A stretch of 61,576 nt of DNA, filler included, from Gonapodya sp. JEL0774 (taxonomy: Eukaryota): assembly GCA_027604505.1 (NCBI GenBank). It is 14 parts of 14 records of this genome, joined end to end, with 100 filler letters (N's around TTAATTAATTAA, not from the genome) between each part and the next. Parts side by side here need not be neighbours in the genome. Positions count along the whole stretch, not along the records: positions 35,283 to 39,585 come from JADIIX010000990.1; positions 39,686 to 43,988 come from JADIIX010000991.1; positions 44,089 to 48,390 come from JADIIX010000992.1; positions 48,491 to 52,789 come from JADIIX010000993.1; 10 more parts are not named here. One strand, written 5' to 3'. Both the position numbers and the translations under genes were made by a program. The notes below the pieces were generated by a model. It saw nothing but the letters and a program-made list of their open reading frames with translations. It was not told where the DNA came from and made no database searches. Shown here in pieces: positions 38,201 through 48,932 of this stretch; within the stretch, counting starts at the first letter, position 1; every line of letters begins with the position of its first letter.

Positions 38201-39585
38201 CGCGTCTTGAATTGTCTTCCATACTTCAGCTATCGCTACCGCTTCCGCGGTCCCTACCGCGACATGTTCCGTGTCCTCGCGCTCAGCTCTCCCCTAGACG
38301 CGCCTGACGAAGACTCAGACGACGTGACCGTGGACGAGGAGGGTTCCGAGGCGGACATCGATCGTTCGAACGGCGGAGGTGACGATGTGGAGACGGAGAC
38401 GGATACAGAGAATATGGTGGGGATGAACCTCGTTCCCGGGGCGATTGGAGCGGCAGAGATCGAGAAGGGGATGGCGACGGGAGGGGGCAGTGGAAGCGTG
38501 GACGGCGAGGTTGAGATGATGGAGCGCAAGAGGATGAGTGTGGCCGCCAGTGCGGTGGGAAGCAGTTCTGTGGAGGATGGAGTACCCGTCGCGACGACCG
38601 GAAGTCAGAAGCTCAATGGGGTGCCAATTGGTGCTGGTGGTGCGAATTCAGATGTCATGGATACCGCTCAGGCCAACCTCTCAGAACAAACAGGTGGCTC
38701 CAAAGTAGCGTCGCCGGCAACGTCCATTCACCTTGATGTGCCGAGCAGGACCCGTAGTGCAGCTGCTAGCATGAGCGTCGTGGTGATCGTGGCAGATGGA
38801 GACGGCGTGACCACGGGTTCCAAAGTCCTGCACGCCGTTCCGAGCACGCCGACCCCATCCATCAGTTTTGCCACGCACGTCCCACCTCCGATCGGAATCC
38901 TGACCAACTCCGATCCTACGCCGTCCTATGCCTCGCTTTCCGCCATGCACGGTGACATGGGCACGATCGGCCTGGGCTACGGACTCCCGACCGCACGGAC
39001 CGTGACCTCGGACCGGCGCATTCAAATCGTTGATCACCACCACCGCCGCGCCCGCACCACCACCCCGTCCGAGGCAATGCCTACACCGCGCGGAGAGAGG
39101 GACAGTCTGGCCCCGTCTGGTCCCGACGAACTGTCCAACGTGGCGCGGTTCCCCGGTGTGGGTTTGTTTTACGCAGAGAGTGGGCGAGGGATACCCGGCG
39201 TGTTTGCGCACTGGGTCAACTGTGTTGGGTCGATCCCGCAGGTGGTGGTGTTTGTGACGCTGAGGCATACGCATGTACCGTATGTGCCGGAAGCGGAGAG
39301 GTGGCATGTGCAGGTGGGTCTAGGGTGGTTGGTGTGACTGTGAACTTTGCTCGCTTTGAGCGCGATTGCTGACTGGCGTTATCATTGTTGTGGTGGTGTG
39401 TAGAAACTATTTTTGGAAAGCTTTTGGAAAGTTACTGCGACATATGGATACCGTAAGTGATCTATACCGCTGCCAATAATACAGACAAAATTCTCACATC
39501 ATCGTTATATTCTTTCTCTCACGATCCATAGTCGACATTCCGGAAGACGGCGTCACGTTCTCAGCCAAAGTTGTTGAGCAGGTCA
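35283..39585 (+). CDS. KUP/HAK/KT potassium transporter, both ends partial
   Basis: [26 protein letters not shown]...[105 protein letters not shown]. Confidence 0.96.
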
Positions 39586-39685
39586 NNNNNNNNNNNNNNN
39601 NNNNNNNNNNNNNNNNNNNNNNNNNNNNNTTAATTAATTAANNNNNNNNNNNNNNNNNNNNNNNNNNNNNNNNNNNNNNNNNNNN

Positions 39686-39922
39686 GCAGCGCGGGGGAAG
39701 GCGAAGGCGAAGTGGAAGGTGGAGCGAGGTTCAACGAGGATGAGACGGTAGGGGGATGGTAGGCGAGCTTTGGCTGCATTGACAGCGGCGATTCCTGGAG
39801 AGCAAAACAAAGAAGAGCTGGAGATGAGGGTGGTGCAGTTTTGCTTCTATGATCACTGATTGCAACTCACCTGCAAATGAACCGCCAACCACCACAACGT
39901 TTTTGAACGCAGCAGGTGACAT
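39686..39922 (-). CDS. AIF/AMID (FSP1)-like pyridine nucleotide-disulfide oxidoreductase, N-terminus only
   Basis: MSPAAFKNVVVVGGSFAGIAAVNAAKARLPSPYRLILVEPRSTFHFAFAFPRAA after removing one intron. Confidence 0.85.
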
Positions 39923-40390
39923 ATCAGAGTGATTGAGATTGTTCAAAGATATGATGTCGATAGAATGGAGGAAACTCCGCGTGAAAGAAGCTGTTGCAAA
40001 TCCGCAGAAATGTTGGAACAAGGAGATTGCTGCAACGAGAACGCTGGCAGCAGCGAAGAGCAAGTTGAATATGGGAGCCGTGTTTGATAAGAGCGATGCG
40101 GTTGCATGTTTATATGGACTCAAATCTTCGTTTCAACACTTTTCCCGGCTGCGGCTTGACGCAAGAAAGCAAGGAGTCGGGAACCAATCGCGCCGGGGAC
40201 TGTTTGGTGACAGTGCGGGTAAAGCACGATCACCCGCCCAAATGAATCCCATGCGGAAGTGGAATTTCCTGAACTTGAGCAAGCCGAGAAATAGAGAGGC
40301 TCATTTTCAAATGTGAAGGGTCTCATAATATCATTGTGGGGCTTGCTCAAAACACGCACAACTGCAGTATTGCTTGGATTATGTACCACA

Positions 40391-41788
40391 TCACCGCCAT
40401 CGCGCCACTCCATTCACAATCTGCACCACAGTCTTGCCGTTCCACCCTTGTAACACGATCGGTAAACTACGTGCAAAATCCCTCTCCACACCGTCCCACT
40501 GCGACATGCTAGTCATCCGCCCCCGATAAACAAGTTTTCCGACTTCTATAATGCCTCCGGGAGGGATGCAATCGATGAGAGCTTCCACCATTGCTCCGAA
40601 TGGATCTAAACAAGCCTCCCGATCACGATCAACACCCACTTGCGTGAGATACGGCGTTACCATAACGTGCTCCAGGTTCGGCATGAGCTGCATCAAACGT
40701 TGCACGTCGGACTGACATTCCAAAAATGATGGTGGCTTGGCATAGCATGTGCCATAGACGCCCAGGTGTAATCTTCGAATTGCCCGAAACGGACCACACA
40801 TATCCTCGAAATATTGAAATTGTGTCTCTTTGACCAAACAGTCCCAAGTGCCATCAAACATTTCCTGTAAAACAAAATTTCCAATCTCACGGAGGTTTGG
40901 GAACAGCGTAGCGGCGCGAAGCAAGTGCGTGTTGAAAGGAGTTCGGTATATGGAGCCTTCCGGGATATAATACGACGTCACAACCGCCCGTCTGGCCTCT
41001 GATACCAAGTCCCGAGCAGCACAGAACACGTCAACCTTGTGAAGCAAAAATGCGGATCCTTCGAGACGGTGTGCGCCAGGGAATCTGGACAACAGCATGG
41101 GGATTCGCCGGGGGTTCCGGTGTAATGATCCATTCGCAGTTACGCATTCCACAGAATCCACTCGCACATTGTCAGGTATAATGTCGTAAAGAAGTGCAAT
41201 ATCATTAAAACTGCTGAATTCGAATTTGGCCACCTTCCTCTCTGAACAATAGACCAAAACCTTTTGCATCACCGGAGTAGACACGGTTGAAACTCCTGAA
41301 ACGGTCCAGTCCCTAACGAGGGCGACTCGCACACTTGAAAGAAACAGTTTGGGTCCCAGCTGCGACAGATGGGAGCCAGTCCCAGTGGTATGCTCGTCAC
41401 CCGAGTGCACTAGCTTAAAGAGATCCATCAACGCCGCAGCATCGATCTGCTCTGCATTCATGCCCACAATATCTGTGGACGGGAACGTCACACGAGCCCC
41501 TATGGCTGCCCAATATTCCGTCCCTCCATATGTCACGGTTTCAAATTTGTCCAGAAACCAAAAGTTCGAATCGCCGACTTTTTCCGCCCCGCGCCTCTCC
41601 GCTACTTCGGGCGATTCGATACATAACGCGCAGGACACTACGACTTCACGTCCAGGGCAGCTGGGGATAGCGCCTGACGATGCGGCATGCAAACGACGGG
41701 AAAGGCGGGAAACGACACGATAGAAGGTTTCGGGAGGGAGAAACCGGAAGATGTGGTGAAGAATTTCAGTAGGGAGGGTTTCAATCAT
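40391..41788 (-). CDS. F-box protein (intronless) with degenerate LRR-like C-terminus
   Basis: MIETLPTEILHHIFRFLPPETFYRVVSRLSRRLH; later LFPNLREI and LMPNLEHV; uninterrupted frame of ~465 codons. Confidence 0.75.
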   Translation of the reverse strand: MIETLPTEILHHIFRFLPPETFYRVVSRLSRRLHAASSGAIPSCPGREVVVSCALCIESPEVAERRGAEKVGDSNFWFLDKFETVTYGGTEYWAAIGARVTFPSTDIVGMNAEQIDAAALMDLFKLVHSGDEHTTGTGSHLSQLGPKLFLSSVRVALVRDWTVSGVSTVSTPVMQKVLVYCSERKVAKFEFSSFNDIALLYDIIPDNVRVDSVECVTANGSLHRNPRRIPMLLSRFPGAHRLEGSAFLLHKVDVFCAARDLVSEARRAVVTSYYIPEGSIYRTPFNTHLLRAATLFPNLREIGNFVLQEMFDGTWDCLVKETQFQYFEDMCGPFRAIRRLHLGVYGTCYAKPPSFLECQSDVQRLMQLMPNLEHVMVTPYLTQVGVDRDREACLDPFGAMVEALIDCIPPGGIIEVGKLVYRGRMTSMSQWDGVERDFARSLPIVLQGWNGKTVVQIVNGVARWR

Positions 41789-42082
41789 GCGAAGCTGCTG
41801 ACGGGAGAGAAGATACTTGGTGGTGGGTTGTTTTGCTGCGGATGTACCCACATAACATGTCTCTAAATAATACTTACAAAATATACTGAACACGAAGTCA
41901 CAGTAGTTTATAGCGGCGCGCGGTGTACTGTAAGAAATAAAAACTTACAGCTTAGCGTAACAAAGAATTGAATGGATCGCTGATACAATGACGCGACTAT
42001 GTAGTGACCAACAGATTCCCCACAAGCTCACCACACTTTGTCCCGCATTCACCTCCAATCCATCCAGCCAAGCAAAATTCAG

Positions 42083-43988
42083 ATGGTACAAGTCCTCACC
42101 GTGACAGTGGTTGCGTATTCGTCTTCGTACACTGACGATGACTCTCTCTCGGAACCGGATTGCCAACCCTCGGAACATCACGCGGCGACCGTTCGAACTC
42201 GACTGCACACCGCACTCCCCCGCTGATCATGCTAGTCCGGAAAAGGCAGGAAAGTCTACGTCATCGGGGTCGGAATGACCAAGGTGGGCTGGAGTCTCGT
42301 AGTGTCTCGACCAGTGCGCATGTCGGAACTAAAAGCAACCGATCGATCCGATCCTCACCTCGCCCCTGCTCTGACGGCCTCCCGCACCCAGTTCGAGAAG
42401 CCTGGTTTCAGAAAAGACTTTGATTACCCCGAGTTTGGTATTTATTTGGGGATCCCGGGAGTTCTGGTCGGTCATGCCCCGCACTGAACTTCGCACGATT
42501 CCTCATGAAATAAAGCCCGGGAAGCCGGCGTTAAAGCCCTCATCGACGCCGACCTCACGTTCGATGACGTGGAGTTTGCCACCGTTGGTTACTGGTGAGA
42601 CCGAGATCTCTCTCTTGGCCATCCCATTCGCACCCACGAATGACCCTTGATCGTCACTCTCACCAGTTACGGCGACTCCACCTCTGGCCAGCGCGCCATC
42701 TACCAGCTCGGTATGAGCCAGATCCCCATCATCAACGTCAACAACAACTGCTCGACTGGGAGCACGGCCATCTTCCTCGCCAGACAGGCCATCGGTGCGT
42801 TCCGCGTCCCCTGCATACGAGTTAATGTGGACTAAGATCTCGCTTCGCCGTGGACTTTTTAGAGGGAGGATTGTACGACTGCACCATGGCGTTGGGGTGA
42901 GTCTGCCGTAGTTTGCTCCTGGGAATTGGGAACCTTTCATCGGGCATAACATGGACCCAATTCGTTTGAAATGCATGTTGGCCCATTTGCCAGCTTCGAG
43001 AAAATGTTCACTGGCTCCCTTCGAGGCTTCTGTAAGTCGTTCGCGTTCACTCTCGTCGCGAGGGAGGACCGTTCCTGACCGCTCGCTTCCTTCCATGCTC
43101 CTCACCCGACAACCAGTCACCGACCGTACTGCTCCCGGAGGTAAAGTAAACCCGCCACCTATCCAACCCCCTCCCCACCCGTCCTGCCTTTCTCACCACC
43201 CACCCCCACCTCGACCACCCGCCTCCCTCTCCTCGTCTCAGACTGGCGCAGCAAAATCATGCGCGAGACGGTCGGCGTGGACGCCAAAGCCCCCCCCGCT
43301 CCACAGACGTTCGGCAACGCCGGTATCGAGTACATGCAAAAGTACGGCGCGACCGAGGACCATTTGGCCATGATTGCGGAGAAGAATCACAGGCATAGGT
43401 GCGTTGGGCATGCGGGTCTTGCCACGGTAGTGTGGAGTGTGTGAACGCAGAAACAAACAACTCAACGCGCTTCGCTTGGATTCGACAAAACCCGTCGCAC
43501 CAGCTCCTTGAATCCCTACTCCCAGTTCCAAGACGTGTACACTCTGGACCAAGTGAAGAAGTCCAAGAAGATTTTCGGACCCTTGACGCTGTTGCAGGTG
43601 AGATCAGAGACGCCACGTGCACACGGCACACGCTCAAGATGTTCGTCCCTCATGACTGCGGATCATCCCAACCCCAACCCACCTCAGTGCTGCCCCACGT
43701 CCGACGGTAAGTCTAGACGAGAAGAGCCCTGAAATTGGACCGGCTGTGAACCATATATTCTTGACCACCGCCCACCCCCACGGTCATCTTTGCCCGCCCC
43801 CGCCTCTCTAGGTGCCGGCGCCTGCATTCTGGCCTCGGAGGACTTCGTCCGGAAGCATCACTTGGAGCCCCAGGCTAGTGAGTTTGGGAGGCGTGATGTG
43901 ATGTGATTCGGATGCAATGGAACGTTGTAGACGGGTATTTAACGTCGTTGCTGTGTCCCGGTGCTTGCTGCGCCCGCCCGGCCCCACA
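42083..43988 (+). CDS. Sterol carrier protein X-type thiolase (SCP2/SCPx), 3'-partial, many short exons
   Basis: [32 protein letters not shown]...[65 protein letters not shown]. Confidence 0.93.
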
Positions 43989-44088
43989 NNNNNNNNNNNN
44001 NNNNNNNNNNNNNNNNNNNNNNNNNNNNNNNNTTAATTAATTAANNNNNNNNNNNNNNNNNNNNNNNNNNNNNNNNNNNNNNNNNNNN

Positions 44089-44653
44089 GCTGTAGACTAC
44101 GGCGTACTTTGTCGTCAGTTCCGAGGTTCCACCAGTCCCTCCGGGAACGTCACGGACCTATCTGGCATATACATCAGTGACGTTCCTCTGCTCCTTGATC
44201 ACGTCATGCTCGACGAGACCCGACGATTCGTCACTCTCGTTGACGTTGCCTACGAGGAAGGATGCCCCCTTTACATACTCGCCGAAGCCGACGTGGAGGA
44301 GGTGTTTCGAGACGTGGAGCGAGGCTACAGAAACTCTGAAGTCGAGCGGGACAAGGAGATGGAGCTCCGTGTGTCAAACACAGGAGGGGCAAGTAGTTCG
44401 ATGATGGCGACTTTTGTCGGAGACATGGAGTGGAGCGCGACCGGACTCAAGGCGTCAATGGCGGATGGAGGTGCGGGAGTACGGTAAGCTGGAACCGTTC
44501 GATTTTTCATGCACGGTTTCGCCGTTGAATTTTCTTTTGCGTTTTCCCAGGGATGTTAGATTTGCTGTCGCCAGGGCGAGGTCGAGACTGGCAGAGATGC
44601 GGACGGAGAAGTGGGTAAGGCAGGGAAGATTTAGAAGGGCGGGAACTCATTAA
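44089..44653 (+). CDS. AFG1/ZapE-family ATPase C-terminus, 5'-partial
   Basis: DYGVLCRQF...ISDVPLL...DETRRFVTLVDVAYE...EWSATG...FAVARARSRLAEM. Confidence 0.85.
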
Positions 44654-44839
44654 TTCCGATATTGCACCGATTCCAGTATTCGAAGCTTTATCTAAGGAAG
44701 ACCGGGCTTTAATGGTGGACTCGTTCTGTATTCATACTACATACATGAACGTAACGAAAATGGGAGCTTCGGGGATCGCATCACCAGCTGCCCCAACCAC
44801 TTCCACTTGCTTTCATACGTACAGTGAATCTCACCGATT

Positions 44840-45573
44840 ATGTCGTCTTCACGTACCATCACTTTTGTTACCGGCAACGCCAATAAGCTCCGCGAATTCA
44901 CCGCCATCATGTCTTCTCTCTTCGCGAGTACCGGTACGGGCTCACCCTCATCCACCAACCTTCCTTTCACCATCACATCTGCTAAACTTGATCTCGAGGA
45001 GATTCAAGCCGAGACGCCGGAAGAAATCGCAGCAGATAAGTGCCGGAGGGCGGCGGAGAGGGTGGGAGGGGAGGTCGTGACAGAAGATACGTGTCTGTGT
45101 TTTGAAGCTTTGGGAGGCTTACCAGGGCCGTATTGTAAGGTAAGTGAGATTGACATTGTGGCAATGATCTTTACTGGGAACTCATAGCGTATATCACCTC
45201 GTCGCCTCGTGGGGGGCTGCAGTGGTTTCTGGAACGTCTGGGTCACGTTGGTTTGAACAACCTTCTCGCCGCATACCCTGACAAATCCGCGCACGCGCTT
45301 TGTATCTTCTGCTATAGCCCTGGCCCAGGCCGTGACGTTCTCACATTCGTAGGCCGCACCGACGGAAAGATTGTTCCCGCACGGGGTGACAACAAGTTCG
45401 GATGGGACCCAGTGTTCGAACCTGTCGAGGCGGAGGGAAACAAACTGGGACAAACGTACGCGGAGATGGATAGAGATGTGAAGAATGGACTGTCACATAG
45501 GTACAAGGCGGTGAAGAAGCTTGCTGACTTTCTGAGGAGGAGTTCGGCTCCCGAACTCGCTGTCCGACATTGA
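44840..45573 (+). CDS. HAM1: Inosine triphosphate pyrophosphatase (ITPA/HAM1), 1 intron
   Basis: [49 protein letters not shown]...[14 protein letters not shown]...[10 protein letters not shown]. Confidence 0.96.
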
Positions 45574-46035
45574 ATAATTGTGGGATGATTCAATATTATG
45601 CTGAGAGAAACTGCAAGAGCACGATCAGGCGCCATTGGGGGTTACTGTGAAGTACCAATCTGCGTGGCTGAATCACTGTTCGATTATGTATTTGTAACAG
45701 AAGGAAATTATATAATGGCATTCAGCTCATTCTTCGACAGGGGCTGGGCCCCAGCGCGGTCCTTGTAGAAGTCGGAGCGGTAGTACGACACTGGAGTTTT
45801 GCACTCCATCCCACCGGATCTCGGAATTAAAGTCTGCACACTCCATCAAATACGAAACACTGTATTCAATTTTTAAAGAATGCCACTGTGGTCATATGCA
45901 CGGAAACGTGCAGTAGGCTTCCTCTTCTGTCGATCATGGCACTTGTGGGCGAGTAAACCCTTTTCACAATTACAGCTGCAAGCCGGAACACTTTCAGTTA
46001 TCAAATAAAACTTGAGTTTTTTAGCTAACACAACT

Positions 46036-47150
46036 TTAATCAGACCCAGTATCACTCAAGTGTGTCCGTAAATACAAGGAGAGATCATCGTAACCGTTAA
46101 CGCATCTCATTGGCATGCATCCTGCGAGTGTGACGTCAGTCCATTCTCCATTGTCTGTGTTCACATCCCAGTCGCTTTGGACATACACGTCCTCCACATT
46201 GTCCCAAAGAAACTTGATTGTTACTGGGTTTGGGCTTAGAAGTGAGCGCATCGATAAGAGCCTTTCCATACTTGTCAGGAACAACATACGTCTGAGGTAG
46301 TATCAGATTTGATAGTTTGGGTAATGCTTCCAGGATCATGAGAATCGCAGTGGTTGTGATTCGAGGCGAAGTCCCGAGTTCCAAGAGGGTAAGCTCCGGG
46401 CACGTTGCTCCGATAGCATCCAAAAATTCAACAGTAACACGCTGGTAATTGAGCCGGAGTATGAGGAGATGTTGCACGAAAGTGGGGCGAATTTGACAAA
46501 ATGAGACGCTGGGGGAAGGAGTCCCGTAATGATGCTCATACGACAAGTGAAGTGCAGAGATTTGCCTGAGAGGACGGAGGAGCTGCAGGTCACAGCATCC
46601 ACTGCGACTACTGAAATGCTTGTAAGCACTTTAAAGCGACCAGTGTGATCACGGACTTTTGCGAGAAACGATGCAGGGCACGCAAGCGACCGTATCGTCT
46701 CAAAAAGATGGGATGGGAGTATAAAACCGCAGTCGCGATTATCGTAGCGTGTTTGAAACGCCAGAACTTCCAAAGATGTGCACTTCGCCAGGAGATTGTT
46801 GAACCATTCTGAATCTCCTCCATACACGTCACCGAGATGAAGCTCCTTCGCTGACCAGCGCAATTGAGCAACACATCGTAAATACGATGATACTCAGTGT
46901 ATAAACCATCTTCATGAAACTCCCATGAAGTGACTCTTGCTCCGACGAGGGCTATCGCATCCAGCAACTTCATGCGTGTGAGGATGGAGCCATTAGGTCC
47001 CGCTGGAACGCTCTTCAGCCGGAATCTCCGAGTCCGGATGAGTCTTTTTGAACGTTTGCTGAGTCTGGACTCAAAGGTGTCCAATTGCTCCAATTGCTTC
47101 AAGCACTTCTTGTTTTTGTCCACAAAAGTCCGCGTCTTCCACAACGCTTC
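46036..47150 (-). pseudogene. LRR (RNI-like) protein gene with apparent frameshifts
   Basis: LRR-like segments LLAKCTSLEVLAF, IGATCPELTLLELG and ILEALPKLSNLILP lie in different frames. Frame switches near 46860 and 46230 have no evident intron. Confidence 0.45.
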
Positions 47151-47581
47151 AAACGCGATCGGTGACCACCGTTTGCTTCATTTTGATTTTCGGGCGAAAT
47201 GAGATCAGGAACATGTGCTCGAAGGTACACACCAAACTCGGACGCAAGCTGCAATGTCTGCATCCTCTCTCAAATTCGAAATTATGCGATGAATTATTTT
47301 CTGGAGTCGATAGGGCGCGTGCGATGGGGGAAATGGCGGTCCTGAGAACGTTCTGCTCGATGTTTGTCGAGAATTCGGATGCGGTCTGAGGATGAGTTGG
47401 GACGACTCGAGGTGCGGATCTCAAACGGAAGAAGTGACGAACGATAATACCCACCATCGGAGACTCCGTTTGCCTCGGTATTTTTTGCGGTGTTGCATGT
47501 GCGTTTGTGGGGCATTCTACAAAAAATTGCTGCACATGTACTTGCTTCATGTTCACCATCCCATTCCAGAAGACACCATGA

Positions 47582-48390
47582 ATGAGTGTCTTACCCCGCC
47601 TGCGCGTCCATATTCAAGCGATTGCAAAATGCGAAAGATCTTTTGGAGTTCGGTTCAACGGGATTTTATTGCGACCTCAAGGGAGTCAAACTCACCAGCG
47701 ATGCTTCGTCACTCCCAAAGATTCCATTTCAATTCCCGACCACACACCCGCTCCTCATCACACCTTATCTGAACCATCTCACACCACACCGTCCATCACA
47801 TCTCTACCACCCAACCTTCGAAAGAAGCCTAAACCCCGTTGGACCTCTGCCCAACTCACTCTCTTGGACACGCTCGTGAAGAACAAGGGAAAAAACTGGT
47901 CCGAACTCGCCACGACCGGTGGGTTTGACCCACCGCGAACGAGGCAGGCCCTCTCGTACAAATGGCAGAGGATGAGTCAACTGGGTCAACTGGGTGGAGA
48001 GAGGAGTCCAGGGGTAAAAAGGCCGAATGGACACCTTTATCCCGAGCCGACAAGTAAAATTCCATGGACCCTCGCGGACGATTATGCACTCGCCAAGGCT
48101 GTGGATACGTATGGGGAAGGTCACTGGACAATAATTGCTTCGGATGTGGTGGGAAAATCCGCTCATCAGTGCGCGGGGCGGTGGAGATGTTTGGGGAGGG
48201 AGAATGGAAGACGGATACTGGAGGGGTGGAATGACATACAGAATAAAGTGAATATTGTGGTGGGATTTCTCGAAGAGATTGCGATAGAGGTGCAAATGAG
48301 CCGTGAGAAGGAAGAGGAAAAGGTGCCATGGAAGGATATTGTGCAGCGGATATCAGCGAAGCGGATGACACAGGGGCATCGACAAGACAC
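47582..48390 (+). CDS. Myb/SANT-repeat protein, 3'-partial
   Basis: RWTSAQLTLLDTLVKNKGKNWSELA...RTRQALSYKW; PWTLADDYALAKAVDTYGEGHWTIIASDVVGKSAHQCAGRW; start of a third repeat VPWKDIV. Confidence 0.85.
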
Positions 48391-48932
48391 NNNNNNNNNN
48401 NNNNNNNNNNNNNNNNNNNNNNNNNNNNNNNNNNTTAATTAATTAANNNNNNNNNNNNNNNNNNNNNNNNNNNNNNNNNNNNNNNNNNNNTTGGGAGTTT
48501 AAATCGCCGGTCATCGCATCCGAATGACAAAAGAGTGACAATTTCGGTAAGAGCCTGCGTCTTTTTGAGCTGCTCCGACAGCCGTGCCGAACGTACTCGC
48601 TCACACGATCAAGCACGATTTCTCCGAAATTCACACAAGAATGAATAAACTTCACGATCGCCATAGACGGAATGAGAACCCTGGCTGTGCATTGAGAAGG
48701 CGGGATTTAAGCTTAGAACGTGTTTGATGTCCAATCGTGCATGTTTGAATTTCTAAGGCACTTTATACAGAATAGAGCATTATCACCAACCGCAAACGCT
48801 GCAAAGGAACCCTCGTGCATATACATATGACCCGAATAGAAGCGGAGAACGTGAACAGTTGTTGTGGAAAACCCAATATCCTTGTTCCCCCTGGATAATG
48901 TAAGCCCAAACCGAGTCTCTCCATGCAAATGC

